From Candidatus Latescibacterota bacterium (GTDB taxonomy: Bacteria; Latescibacterota; UBA2968; GCA-2709665), in assembly GCA_965208835.1 (NCBI GenBank), contig OZ242358.1, positions 256,001-320,000 on the forward strand: 64,000 nucleotides of DNA, read 5' to 3'. The stretch's first letter is position 1. Each line of letters begins with the position of its first letter. The position numbers and the translations under genes were made by a program. Positions 1-8,930 of this stretch are shown here, piece after piece. The notes under the pieces were generated by a model that had not been told where the DNA came from, made no database searches, and saw only the letters and a list, made by a program, of their open reading frames with translations.

Positions 1-1
1 C

Positions 2-214
2 GCTGGCCGTGGGACCGCCGTCGACCAGTCCCCGCATGAACTCGCCCAGCCCCGGCATATCGAACGCGCCGTGCTCGATGCTGACGTTGATGTAGTCGGC
101 CCACGTCCCGGCCATGTCACGACCCGTCTCGTACGATAACTCGGAGACGCCGACATAATATATCGGCTGTCCCTGCTCCAGGAGTTCGATGGCCCTGTTG
201 ATCCGTTTTGGCAA
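2..214 (-). CDS. HpcH/HpaI aldolase-family protein, N-terminal part (runs off the window edge)
   Basis: Manual translation from TTG at 214 after GAGGTGAAGG: MPKRINRAIELLEQGQPIYY...WADYINVSIEHGAFD, with the family's xEH motif. Confidence 0.6.
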   Translation of the reverse strand, partial: MPKRINRAIELLEQGQPIYYVGVSELSYETGRDMAGTWADYINVSIEHGAFDMPGLGEFMRGLVDGGPTAS

Positions 215-399
215 CCTTCACCTCGGATTTGAAAAAACGGACGCGACGTAACGCGTTAAAATAAAGCGGACACCCGGAAATAGCAAAGGTTCATGGAGCC
301 GGCGTTAAGGAGCGCGGATTTGACCGGAACCGACACAGGCGTGGGTGAAATGCAGGAAAAATGTGAACGGAAAGGGTCGCGGGACGCGGGGGATCGATC

Positions 400-428
400 T
401 TGACTCCGCTCTCACTCACGCTTATTTT
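400..428 (+). promoter_or_regulatory. sigma70-like promoter
   Basis: TTGACT-17 bp-TATTTT upstream of the oxidoreductase at 588. Confidence 0.55.
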
Positions 429-587
429 CCCCTCCCTTCGTGCCGGACGCCGAAGCGGGGACAACCCGATCTCGTGCTGTACGGCGCCAGGAGCGATTGC
501 TTTCAAACCCCGCTACCGCCTGATAAGCACCGACCACAAGCTGACGGGCTGAAAGTCCCCACGCAGACAAACCCGGAGGGAGAAATA

Positions 588-1598
588 ATGCTCGGCGTTG
601 CGATCCAGGGCGCGGGAAACGTCTCCACGGAACACATCAAGGCGTACCTGAACAACCCCCACACCCGATTGGTCGCTATCGGAAGCCGCACGCTCGAGAG
701 CGCCCGGCGAAAAGCGGTGGAACTCGGCGTTGAATGCGACCTTTACGACAACTACGACAGGCTTCTGGAGCATCCGGACGTCGACGTGGTTTCCATCTGT
801 ACCCCGCCGGACCTCCACGCCGGGGAAGCCATTGCCGCCGCGCGCGCAGGCAAACACCTGCTGATCGAAAAACCGGTGGCCACGAATCACGAAGAGCTGG
901 ACGAGATGCACCGGGCCGTGGAGAGCGCGGGCGTGAAGACGGTAATCGGCTTCGTGCTTCGATGGAATCCCCTCATCATTTCCATGAAAAAGGCTATCGA
1001 GAAGGGCTGGATCGGCGTTCCGCTACTTGCTCAGGCCGACTACTGGCACGGCCCCACCAACGCCCGCCCTAAGCAATTCAGCCGCACCGGCTGGAACCCC
1101 ATGGTCAACGGCGCCATTGTGCACGGCGGCTGCCATGCGCTCGACGCCGCCCGTTACATCCTGGACAACGATACGGTCACCCGGGTAACGGGTATTTCAC
1201 CGCGCCATCGCACCCGCGAAGACGACTACCGTTCCACGACGGTTGCAACGGTGGAATTCGCAGGGGGCGCCGCCGGTAAATTCTCGGGTTCCACCGCCTT
1301 TTTCATGCCCTACGTCTTCAACATCGAGGTCTTCGGCACGGAGGGCGTGATCCGGAACAACCGGTTCTACACCCGCCAGCTTTCCGGCCAGGACGCTTTT
1401 GGCAGTTTTCCCACCGTGTTGCCGGACAGCGGCGCGGTTGCCCACCATCCTTTCCAGGAGATGATCGACCACCTTGTCGAGTGCATCCTGGACGACGTTG
1501 AATCGCACGACAATCTGGCCGTGGCCGTCAATACGCACGCGGCCTGTTTTGCCGCGGAAGAATCCGCCGCAAACGGTTCCACGCCGATTCAGTTGTGA
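588..1598 (+). CDS. Gfo/Idh/MocA family oxidoreductase
   Basis: GAGNVS Rossmann start, LLIEKP motif, HALD; ATG at 588 after a GGAGGG RBS (the 345 start in the ORF track is overextended). Confidence 0.9.
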   Translation: MLGVAIQGAGNVSTEHIKAYLNNPHTRLVAIGSRTLESARRKAVELGVECDLYDNYDRLLEHPDVDVVSICTPPDLHAGEAIAAARAGKHLLIEKPVATNHEELDEMHRAVESAGVKTVIGFVLRWNPLIISMKKAIEKGWIGVPLLAQADYWHGPTNARPKQFSRTGWNPMVNGAIVHGGCHALDAARYILDNDTVTRVTGISPRHRTREDDYRSTTVATVEFAGGAAGKFSGSTAFFMPYVFNIEVFGTEGVIRNNRFYTRQLSGQDAFGSFPTVLPDSGAVAHHPFQEMIDHLVECILDDVESHDNLAVAVNTHAACFAAEESAANGSTPIQL

Positions 1599-1713
1599 TG
1601 AGACTCATTGTCGTCCGGTAAATCTGAAGAGGAGAATCTCACTTCGCGGACCCTAATAAGCAGTTAGAGGGGAGACGGAAGAGGGGAGAGGACCACACCC
1701 CGCCTACCACCTG

Positions 1714-1839
1714 GTGAGAGGGGAGACGTTAGACGGGAGAGATCGGATGCCGTAAAGGGATTCTTTTTTGCCGCAGGCAAGTCGGAGGAACAAATCGGCA
1801 AGGGCTTCTTCTACCGTCTACCCTCTTCCCTCTATCCGC
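1714..1839 (+). repeat. Family A intergenic repeat (heptamer-flanked element), degenerate copy
   Basis: GAGACG-type heptamers, core TGCCGCAGGCAAG, CTACCGTCTACCCTCT tail. Confidence 0.75.
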
Positions 1840-1929
1840 ATATTGGCGATCTCTCCCCCCGGCGCCCTAGCAGGGAGCTATCAGCCGTCAGCTATCAGCA
1901 AAAGACAAAAACCAAATCAGGTATACACA

Positions 1930-2925
1930 ATGGCAGAATGTGTGAGAGTCGCGCTGGCTGGTTGCGGCGGGCTGGGGCGCACCCACGCCAGAAACGTGGA
2001 AGCGATGGCGGGTGTGAGACTCGTCGCCGTTTGCGACGTGGTGGGGGAATCCGCGGCTCAGCTTGCCGCGCAACTGGCGTCCGGCCCGCAGCCGTACGCG
2101 GACCATCGCGCCATGCTGGCCGCCGAGAAACCTGACGCCGTGCTGGTGGTGACGCCCAACCACACGCACAGCCGCATCGGTACGGACGCGGCGCTGGCGG
2201 GCGCCCACGTCTTCTGCGAAAAACCAATGGCGCTGACCGTTGGCGACTGCGATGCGATGATCCGTGCCGCGGAACAGTCAGGCGTTTTCCTGATGATCGG
2301 CTATGTCCTCCGTTTTCAGGCCGTATATGTGGAAATGAAACGCCGTGTGGAACGAGGGGACATTGGTGAAATCACGCTGGCGCATACCGTGCGTCTGGGA
2401 ACCGGCGCGCCGGGGGGCGTTGGCGGATGGCAGACACGAAAGGAAACCTACGGTGGGATGTTTTCGATGTACAGCCACGAACTCGACCAGCTCGCCTGGC
2501 TGGCCGGTGAAATCCATGCGGTCAATGCCGTGATGAAATATGGAGAGGATCAGGAGAACGAAGTCGAGGAAAGCATCTTCATCGGCATCGAATTCGCCTC
2601 AGGCGCCATCGGCTCACTGAGCAGCAGCCGGGTCTATCCGGCCAACAGCTACGAACTCGGCGTTGCCGGCACAAAGGGCGCGCTTAAACTCAACGCGTCG
2701 GGCGGCCCCATCACATTCGCGCGGCACGGCGGGAGTTCAGCCGCCATCGAGGTGCCCGGGAACAACGGCCTGGTGGACGAGCTTGCGCACTTTTTCGACT
2801 GCATTCAACGGGGCGAAGCCCCGCGATCGGATGGCAGTGACGGTCGGCGTGTGGTCGCCGTGGCCATGGCGGCCCACGAATCCGCCCGGACGGGGAAGCG
2901 CGTGGAAGTTCCGATGTTGACGTGA
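1930..2925 (+). CDS. Gfo/Idh/MocA family oxidoreductase
   Basis: GCGGLG, VFCEKPMA, HELD motifs; start MAECVRVAL at 1930. Confidence 0.9.
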   Translation: MAECVRVALAGCGGLGRTHARNVEAMAGVRLVAVCDVVGESAAQLAAQLASGPQPYADHRAMLAAEKPDAVLVVTPNHTHSRIGTDAALAGAHVFCEKPMALTVGDCDAMIRAAEQSGVFLMIGYVLRFQAVYVEMKRRVERGDIGEITLAHTVRLGTGAPGGVGGWQTRKETYGGMFSMYSHELDQLAWLAGEIHAVNAVMKYGEDQENEVEESIFIGIEFASGAIGSLSSSRVYPANSYELGVAGTKGALKLNASGGPITFARHGGSSAAIEVPGNNGLVDELAHFFDCIQRGEAPRSDGSDGRRVVAVAMAAHESARTGKRVEVPMLT

Positions 2926-2951
2926 GGTAGCTTGTTGAACCCGGTTCCCTC

Positions 2952-4685
2952 TTATCCAGCTGGACGCATGTCCTCCAGAACAAGCTGCACCTGAGTCCGG
3001 CCGTTCCAGGTGTTGGCTTCCAGCGCGCAGGCCACGTCCACGCGATCGCCCCGGCGAAGCCGACCGGCCAGATCGCCCTTGCCCCACCAGACAGCGTCGC
3101 ATATCCGCGGCCTCCACCGCGCCGAGCCGTCCGAACGGCCGTCGGAAGACGCTGTATCCAGATTCAACTTGAGGTGCGCCCCTTTTCCCACCGCCATGGC
3201 CCTATCGACCGTGCAGTCCTGTACCATGAAAAGCGGCGCTTCGTTTCCCGATCCGAACGGCGACAGTGCCGACAGCGCCGTGACCGTTTCCAGGGAGATC
3301 TCCTCCGGCCGAAGCGCGGCATCCAGCTCGAGCCGGGTTCTGAGGTCTTCGTCCGAAATCCGCTCCGCCGCATCGGCCTCCATCCGGGTCTTGAACGCTT
3401 CGAAATTATCCAGCGAGCCGGTAAAGCCGCCTGCATCCGCGTGCCCGCCGTATTCTGTCAATAAATCCGCACAGCGAAAAATCGCTTCCGCCATATTATA
3501 GCCCGCACCCGATCGCGCCGAACCCGTGAAGCTGCCATCCCCGCGGACCTCGGAGCATGCGATGCCCGGCCTGCCGTATTGCTCGGCCAGGCGACCGGCA
3601 ATCAACCCCACCACGCCCAGGTGCCAGCTTTCGCCTTTGGTGACGAGAATCCGGTGCTTGTCCAGCGCCAGGCGTTCCACCTGTTCCCCGGCCTGTTTCA
3701 CGCCAACAAGCTCAAGCTCTCGCCGCCGCCGGTTGAGCCCGTTCAGCCGCTCCGCCAGGCGGGTGGCCTGACCGGCTTCCGGGGCGCGAAGCAGGTCCAG
3801 CGCCAGATCCGCGGATTCCAGTCGCCCGGCGCTGTTGATGCGAGGCCCGAGGAAGAACCCGATCGCCGTCGTATCCACGGGCCGGGTATCGGCGCCCGCG
3901 ACGGCCTTCAGGGCCTGAAGCCCCGGACGCTGCGTCCGGTCCAGAATCTGCATTCCCCTGCGGGTGAGCAGACGGTTCTCACCCAGCATGGGCGCGATAT
4001 CCGCCACGGTTCCGAGTGCGACCAGGTCCAGCAGCGAATTGAGATAAGTCCTGCGCTCCGATGCATCGATCAGAGAATCCGAAAGCGCCTGCACCGCTTT
4101 GAACGCCACACCTACGGCCGCGAGGCCCTTGAACCCGTAGCCGCAATCCGGGCGGTTGGGGTTGACCACCGCCCAGGCGTCGGGAAGCCGACCGTGAGGC
4201 TCGTGATGATCGGTCACCAGAACATCAATGCCCGCCGCGTTTGCCGTCTCAACCGCCTTGAACGAGGAGATGCCGTTGTCCGCGGTCACGATGACGCGCG
4301 CGCCCGCTTCGGCCGCCCGCTGTACGCCGGCCGGTTTCATGCCGTATCCGTCCCGGTAGCGGTCCGGCAGGATGGACACGACGTCCGCTCCCACCCTGTC
4401 CAGAAAATCCATAAACACGGCCGTGCTTGTCACGCCGTCCACGTCGTAGTCACCGAATACGACGATGCGCTCGCCAGAACGAACCGCTCTCACAATCCGC
4501 TCGGTAAGCCGGTCCATGTCCTTCATCGTAAACGGGTCCTGGAGTACTCCGGGAGAATCCTCGATATCGTCGGCCGTCAGACCGCGATTCGCCAGCACCA
4601 CGTCCACGAGCGGCCCGGACGAACCGTCCGCGCCGGAATCCGAATCCCTGTTGTGCCTGAGCGTCCAGACCGGGTATTTCTGCAT
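2952..4685 (-). CDS. recJ: single-stranded-DNA-specific exonuclease RecJ
   Basis: GDYDVDG, TADNG, TDHH, LGTVAD, GPRINSAGRL, GSARS, GGH motifs and C-terminal OB fold. Confidence 0.95.
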   Translation of the reverse strand: MQKYPVWTLRHNRDSDSGADGSSGPLVDVVLANRGLTADDIEDSPGVLQDPFTMKDMDRLTERIVRAVRSGERIVVFGDYDVDGVTSTAVFMDFLDRVGADVVSILPDRYRDGYGMKPAGVQRAAEAGARVIVTADNGISSFKAVETANAAGIDVLVTDHHEPHGRLPDAWAVVNPNRPDCGYGFKGLAAVGVAFKAVQALSDSLIDASERRTYLNSLLDLVALGTVADIAPMLGENRLLTRRGMQILDRTQRPGLQALKAVAGADTRPVDTTAIGFFLGPRINSAGRLESADLALDLLRAPEAGQATRLAERLNGLNRRRRELELVGVKQAGEQVERLALDKHRILVTKGESWHLGVVGLIAGRLAEQYGRPGIACSEVRGDGSFTGSARSGAGYNMAEAIFRCADLLTEYGGHADAGGFTGSLDNFEAFKTRMEADAAERISDEDLRTRLELDAALRPEEISLETVTALSALSPFGSGNEAPLFMVQDCTVDRAMAVGKGAHLKLNLDTASSDGRSDGSARWRPRICDAVWWGKGDLAGRLRRGDRVDVACALEANTWNGRTQVQLVLEDMRPAG

Positions 4686-4790
4686 TGGAACCTCGTGAAC
4701 GAGTGGATTGCCCAATGGGGACAACGACTGAAATATAATGACTCAGCACGGCAAACAAAATACAACCAGGAGTCGGCAAAAAAGGAAGAC

Positions 4791-4848
4791 CAGATTCAAA
4801 ATCCACATCTCCCCAAATTCCCTGCCTTCGGCGTGTTCCTTAAAAGCG
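4791..4848 (+). repeat. Family D short repeat (~58 bp)
   Basis: CAGATTCAAAATCCAC...CAAATTCCCTGCC...GGCGTGTTCCTT recurs at 37439-37497. Confidence 0.7.
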
Positions 4849-4980
4849 GGGAGACGGAAGACGGGAGAGGGGAGAGATTGCATGCCATGTAAGGTCTCTT
4901 TTCATTCTGGAGGCAAGGAGGGAAAACATACGGGGCGAGGATATCTTCTACCGTCTACCCTCTACCTTCTCACCGCCTTT
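4842..4980 (+). repeat. Family A intergenic repeat
   Basis: AAAGCGGGGAGA...TCTCACCGCCTTT inverted ends, heptamer arms, conserved core. Confidence 0.85.
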
Positions 4981-5386
4981 AGAATTGTCGCCGCTGGGCG
5001 CGGGGCCTGCCATATGCACCGCGCGAATCGCCTTACCGAGTGCACCAGATTTGCTGCCCTGCATACGCAAGCGAACAACAAGCGCCAGTGGGGGACGGAT
5101 TAGCGCGCTCTGCTTTGGGAGTGCTCTGAATCGTCGACGCGTATGGAACCAGTATAGACTCCCGAGTGTGAGCGGAAATCAGTGGACCGCGATCGTCTGT
5201 CAGCCTAAGCAAGAACGCGTGCGACTTCTCCATTGGTAGCCGCAATATCCGTGCCGTGAAGCGGGCGACCGGCCGATGAGAATGCCTTTCAGGAAAATAT
5301 AATTCTTGGTGCCTCGGGCGATTTGGGTATATTTGTCACCCTGACGTGCGACTCAGAGTCAACCCGCAATCGAGACGGTTCCCGGT

Positions 5387-5758
5387 TTGCCAAGAATTCT
5401 TCTCGCGGAAGACGGTCCGACGGCCATGGCCCTTGCCGGCGGGCTTTTCGATCTCCGGAACGTCGAGCTGGACGTGGTCACCGACGGGCGCAGCGCCCTG
5501 GAGACCCTCGCGGCAAATCCCAGGGCGTACGCACTCGTCATTCTCGCATACGATCTGCCGGAAATCACCGGACCGGATTGCATTCGTTTCATCAGGAAAA
5601 TGCTCGCCCGTCTACCATTGCTGGTCCTTGTCGAAAACCCGGCTCCGGAGCACCTGGACGAACTCGCCGCGCAAGGCATCTCGGGCGGCCAGATTCTGGA
5701 AAAACCGGCGACCCCCGAATCCCTCGCGGAACGGGTCGGAAAAATACTCAGGCTTTAG
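5387..5758 (+). CDS. stand-alone receiver-domain protein, atypical (phospho-acceptor Asp appears replaced by Ala)
   Basis: RILLAED, LVILAYDLPEITG, LEKP CheY-like pattern. Confidence 0.8.
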   Translation: MPRILLAEDGPTAMALAGGLFDLRNVELDVVTDGRSALETLAANPRAYALVILAYDLPEITGPDCIRFIRKMLARLPLLVLVENPAPEHLDELAAQGISGGQILEKPATPESLAERVGKILRL

Positions 5759-5812
5759 AACGGCGACGATTTTTGAAACAAATATAACCCTTGAGAATCA
5801 TATATTCACTTG

Positions 5813-6000
5813 GAAGCTGTTTTAAAACCCCCAGCGGTCTTCGCGCGGCTGCAAATGCGTCGGTCGGCGTTGGCCAAACCCACCCAAGAGTGGCGAGGGG
5901 CGGGCAGCCACGATACATTAAATACTATCGGATTCGGCCGCCTGGACCGACACCTTTTCGCTTGCGCTCGGGAACTCACCGGGGTTTTTAAAACAACTTC
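5813..6000 (+). mobile_element. Family B MITE-like element, subtype B1 (188 bp)
   Basis: 15-bp TIR GAAGCTGTTTTAAAA / TTTTAAAACAACTTC; related copies at 43723, 59479, 60720. Confidence 0.85.
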
Positions 6001-6045
6001 GAGGAACGAACGGTTCCTGTCAGCGCAATTTCAAAAGGAGTTTTC

Positions 6046-6441
6046 ATGTCGCGCCACTTTGAAACCGTAAAGGCCTTTCTTCAGGACCTCGAGCTGGTCA
6101 TTGAAGAAGAAGATTCCGATGAGGAACTGGTCGTCGTCACCGACGAAGACCGGGGGATCCACCGGCTTATCGTCGACTGTGAAGATCCCATTCTCATCCT
6201 GGAACAGGCCATCATGCCGATCCCCAGGAGTCCGGGCGACCTCTACAAGCGCTTGCTGGAATTGAACCGGACGCTCATCCACGGCGCCTTCGCCATAGAC
6301 GAGGAGACGGGAACCGTCCTGTTCCGGGACACCCTTCTTCTGGATACGCTGGACAGGGCGGAAATCGAAGGTGCCGTCAACGCGCTGGGCCTTGCCCTTG
6401 GCGAAAACGCCGAAGAACTCTTGAGTTACAGCAGGCAATAG
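6046..6441 (+). CDS. YbjN / CesT-Tir chaperone-like protein
   Basis: Acidic 131 aa with LLELNRTLIHGAFAID motif; directly upstream of pspA. Confidence 0.8.
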   Translation: MSRHFETVKAFLQDLELVIEEEDSDEELVVVTDEDRGIHRLIVDCEDPILILEQAIMPIPRSPGDLYKRLLELNRTLIHGAFAIDEETGTVLFRDTLLLDTLDRAEIEGAVNALGLALGENAEELLSYSRQ

Positions 6442-6529
6442 TGAGAACAGGGGTCGGAATCCCCAAGATGCAATCCGTTACGATCCACGATCTCCGGCCT
6501 TTGGGTCCCGCATAAGATAGGAGCATACC

Positions 6530-7231
6530 ATGGGAATTTTTCAACGCATTTTTCGCGTCGGTCAGGCCGAAGTTCACGCCGCCATCGACAAATTCGAAGA
6601 TCCGATTCGCCTCACGGAACAGGGCATCCGGGACCTCAAGAAAGACCTGAGTAACGCGATGACCAGCCTGGCCGAAGTCAAGGGTCATGGCATTCGCCTG
6701 CGGAAACAGGCGTCGGACAGCAAGAAGGCCGCGGAGGACTACGAACGCAAGGCCATGGCGCTGCTTCAGAGGGCCCAGAAAGACCAGATCGATGCGGCCG
6801 AAGCCGACCGCCTGGCCGGCGAAGCGCTTGCCCGAAAGGAAGAGAACGTAAACCGGTCCGCCACGCTCAGCGAGAACGCACGCAAACAGGAGGAAATGGC
6901 CGCTCAGCTGCAGACCCAGGTGGATAAACTCAAGTCCTCCATCGCAGGGTACGAAAACGACCTGGTGACGCTGCGCGCCCGGGCCCGGACGGCCGCTGCA
7001 ACGAAGAAGATCAACAAGCAACTGGCGAAAGTGGACTCCACCGGCACGCTTGCCATGCTCGAACGCATGAAGGAGCGGGTGGAAGAAGACGAGTCTCTCT
7101 CGGAGGCGTACGGTGAGGTGGCCGACGCGTCGAAGAGCGTGGACGAGGAGATCGACGCCGCACTTCAGGAAAAGAATCCGGGCGCGGACAAGCTGGCCGA
7201 GCTCAAGAGCAAGATGGGAATTCAGGCGTAA
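6530..7231 (+). CDS. pspA: PspA/IM30 (Vipp1, ESCRT-III superfamily) protein
   Basis: MGIFQRIF amphipathic N-terminus, EDP motif, coiled coil, LRARA, LAELKSKMG end. Confidence 0.92.
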   Translation: MGIFQRIFRVGQAEVHAAIDKFEDPIRLTEQGIRDLKKDLSNAMTSLAEVKGHGIRLRKQASDSKKAAEDYERKAMALLQRAQKDQIDAAEADRLAGEALARKEENVNRSATLSENARKQEEMAAQLQTQVDKLKSSIAGYENDLVTLRARARTAAATKKINKQLAKVDSTGTLAMLERMKERVEEDESLSEAYGEVADASKSVDEEIDAALQEKNPGADKLAELKSKMGIQA

Positions 7232-7284
7232 GTGCGGCACTTCGCGGTCCGGAATTCGAAAACGGGCGCGGCAGGGGCGAACCT

Positions 7285-7818
7285 GTGAACTGGAATCCAT
7301 TCAAGAAAAAGACCGATGAAGTCGACCCCGTGGTAGACTTCACGCTTTCCGACCTCAAGCCCGGATACGTGGTCGACTATGACCTGAAGACGTGGAAGGT
7401 GACCGCGCAGAACCATTACGATTTCGATGGAGACCGCGTGGATGAATGGGAGCTGACTTGCGCCGACGAAGTCATGTACCTGAACCGCGAGGAGGACGAC
7501 GCGATCTGCTGGACCATCTCGCGCAAGGTCCGTGTTTCTCAAATTGACGGCGACCCCATGGTCCATATCCAGGAACACGAAGACCCGCCCGAAGAGGTGA
7601 CCTGCAACGGCGTCACCTATTACGCGGAATCCTCCGATGCCGGTGAGTTCTACCGGAACGGGGAGGGGCCCCCGCGGGAACTGATTACCTGGGAGTACCT
7701 GGACGATTCCGAACGGAAGACGTTAACGATCGAACAGTGGGGCGAGGACGACTTTGAAGCCGCCATCGGCGAAGTCGTAGAGGAATACCAGTTCACGGAC
7801 ATCCTGCCGACGGAATAG
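7285..7818 (+). CDS. DUF4178 domain protein
   Basis: Acidic beta-rich protein, EWEL...YL.REEDD, W.Y.D...LTIEQW; typical pspA neighbour. Confidence 0.75.
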   Translation: MNWNPFKKKTDEVDPVVDFTLSDLKPGYVVDYDLKTWKVTAQNHYDFDGDRVDEWELTCADEVMYLNREEDDAICWTISRKVRVSQIDGDPMVHIQEHEDPPEEVTCNGVTYYAESSDAGEFYRNGEGPPRELITWEYLDDSERKTLTIEQWGEDDFEAAIGEVVEEYQFTDILPTE

Positions 7819-7835
7819 GCGATTTTGGTCGAATA

Positions 7836-7872
7836 AAACAGGGCGGACGACATAACGTCGCCCGCCCTGTTT
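7836..7872. terminator. bidirectional intrinsic terminator
   Basis: AAACAGGGCGG-loop-CCGCCCTGTTT between convergent genes. Confidence 0.75.
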
Positions 7873-7890
7873 CACTTTAGTATATTCCGA

Positions 7891-8562
7891 TCAGACCAGA
7901 AACTGCAAACGACTCTCCTGTCCGGCGCGTAGCATCTTGCAGTGATCCTCCAGATTCAGCATATCGATAAGGCTCCGGCCTCTCTCCATCTCCGCAAGGA
8001 GTCGCGCCTCTTTCCTCTGCACTTCTTCCGCAACGGGAATGATCTCAGAAATCTCCTCTGAGGATGCCACAATCAGACCGTCGTCGTCTCCGAAGACGAT
8101 CTCGCCCGGGTGAACCCGCACGCCGCCGCAGGTTACGGGGACCTGTGTCTCGAAGAGCCTGTCCGTCGTGCCGGCAACCGGGTTGACCGACCGGGCGTAA
8201 TACGGTAGCTGCTGTTTCCGGATCGCTGCCGTATCCCTGCACGGACCGTCGTTCACAATCCCGGCCAGCCCCTTGCGCCGCGCCTCGGTAGGGAACAATT
8301 CCCCGGTCAATGCCTTGCGGCTCCCCTGGGAGTCAATCACCAGGACCTCCCCTGGCAAGGCGTCACGAAGGGCGACGATCACGGTCAGAAAGTCCTCGTG
8401 GCAGGTCAGCGTATGCGCCCGCCCGATCAGCCTCAAACCCGGCGAGACGGGGCGGATGGCGGGGTCTACGGCCCTGACCGGCTTATCAAGCGCCTTGTAA
8501 CCATCGCAGACACACGCCGTATCCAGCCGGGAAAGGCGTCGTCTGATTTCGTCGAAGTCCAT
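7891..8562 (-). CDS. RraA / HMG aldolase family protein
   Basis: PGEVLVID, GEL, DGPCRD, VHPGEIVFGDDDG motifs. Confidence 0.88.
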   Translation of the reverse strand: MDFDEIRRRLSRLDTACVCDGYKALDKPVRAVDPAIRPVSPGLRLIGRAHTLTCHEDFLTVIVALRDALPGEVLVIDSQGSRKALTGELFPTEARRKGLAGIVNDGPCRDTAAIRKQQLPYYARSVNPVAGTTDRLFETQVPVTCGGVRVHPGEIVFGDDDGLIVASSEEISEIIPVAEEVQRKEARLLAEMERGRSLIDMLNLEDHCKMLRAGQESRLQFLV

Positions 8563-8621
8563 TGTATGAAACCTTTCAAAAACGAGTAAGAGCGATCAGC
8601 TGTCAGCGATCAGCAGTCAGT

Positions 8622-8801
8622 GACCTCTCCCCCCGGCCCCCTCTCCTAAAGGAAAGGGGGAGACATGCTAAGTCGTGGGTTGACGCCTTCCCATATAAGC
8701 TCTCATAGACGCGAGAACGTCATCTCCTTTTTTTCTTAAGGACAAGCCACCGACGAACCCCGGTTCCCTCTTCCTTCAGGAAGGGGGTCAGGGGGTAGGT
8801 C
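8622..8801. repeat. Inverted-repeat-bounded element with CCCCTCTCC/GGAAGGGGG REP-like ends
   Basis: GACCTCTCCCCCCGGCCCCCTCTCC...GGAAGGGGGTCAGGGGGTAGGTC; each end also forms a local hairpin. Confidence 0.65.
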
Positions 8802-8802
8802 T

Positions 8803-8926
8803 CGTGAGGCTTCCTCTCGTGCAGGAGGCAGAAAGGAAAAACACACCGGGCAAGGATATCATCTACCGTCTACCCTCTTACCTCTACCCGCCTTTTTTCT
8901 ACCGTCTCACCTCTACCGTCTACCCG
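8803..8926 (+). repeat. Family A repeat, left-truncated
   Basis: GTGAGG...GGAGGCA...GGCAAGGATATC core plus long CTACCGT heptamer tail. Confidence 0.75.
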
Positions 8927-8930
8927 ATTC

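Noticed and set aside
345-587. N-terminal extensions given by the ORF track (also 1768, 13163, 21980, 54708, 54719)
   Set aside because: Upstream in-frame starts run through promoters, repeats or neighbouring genes; downstream starts have RBSs or overlaps and match domain boundaries.
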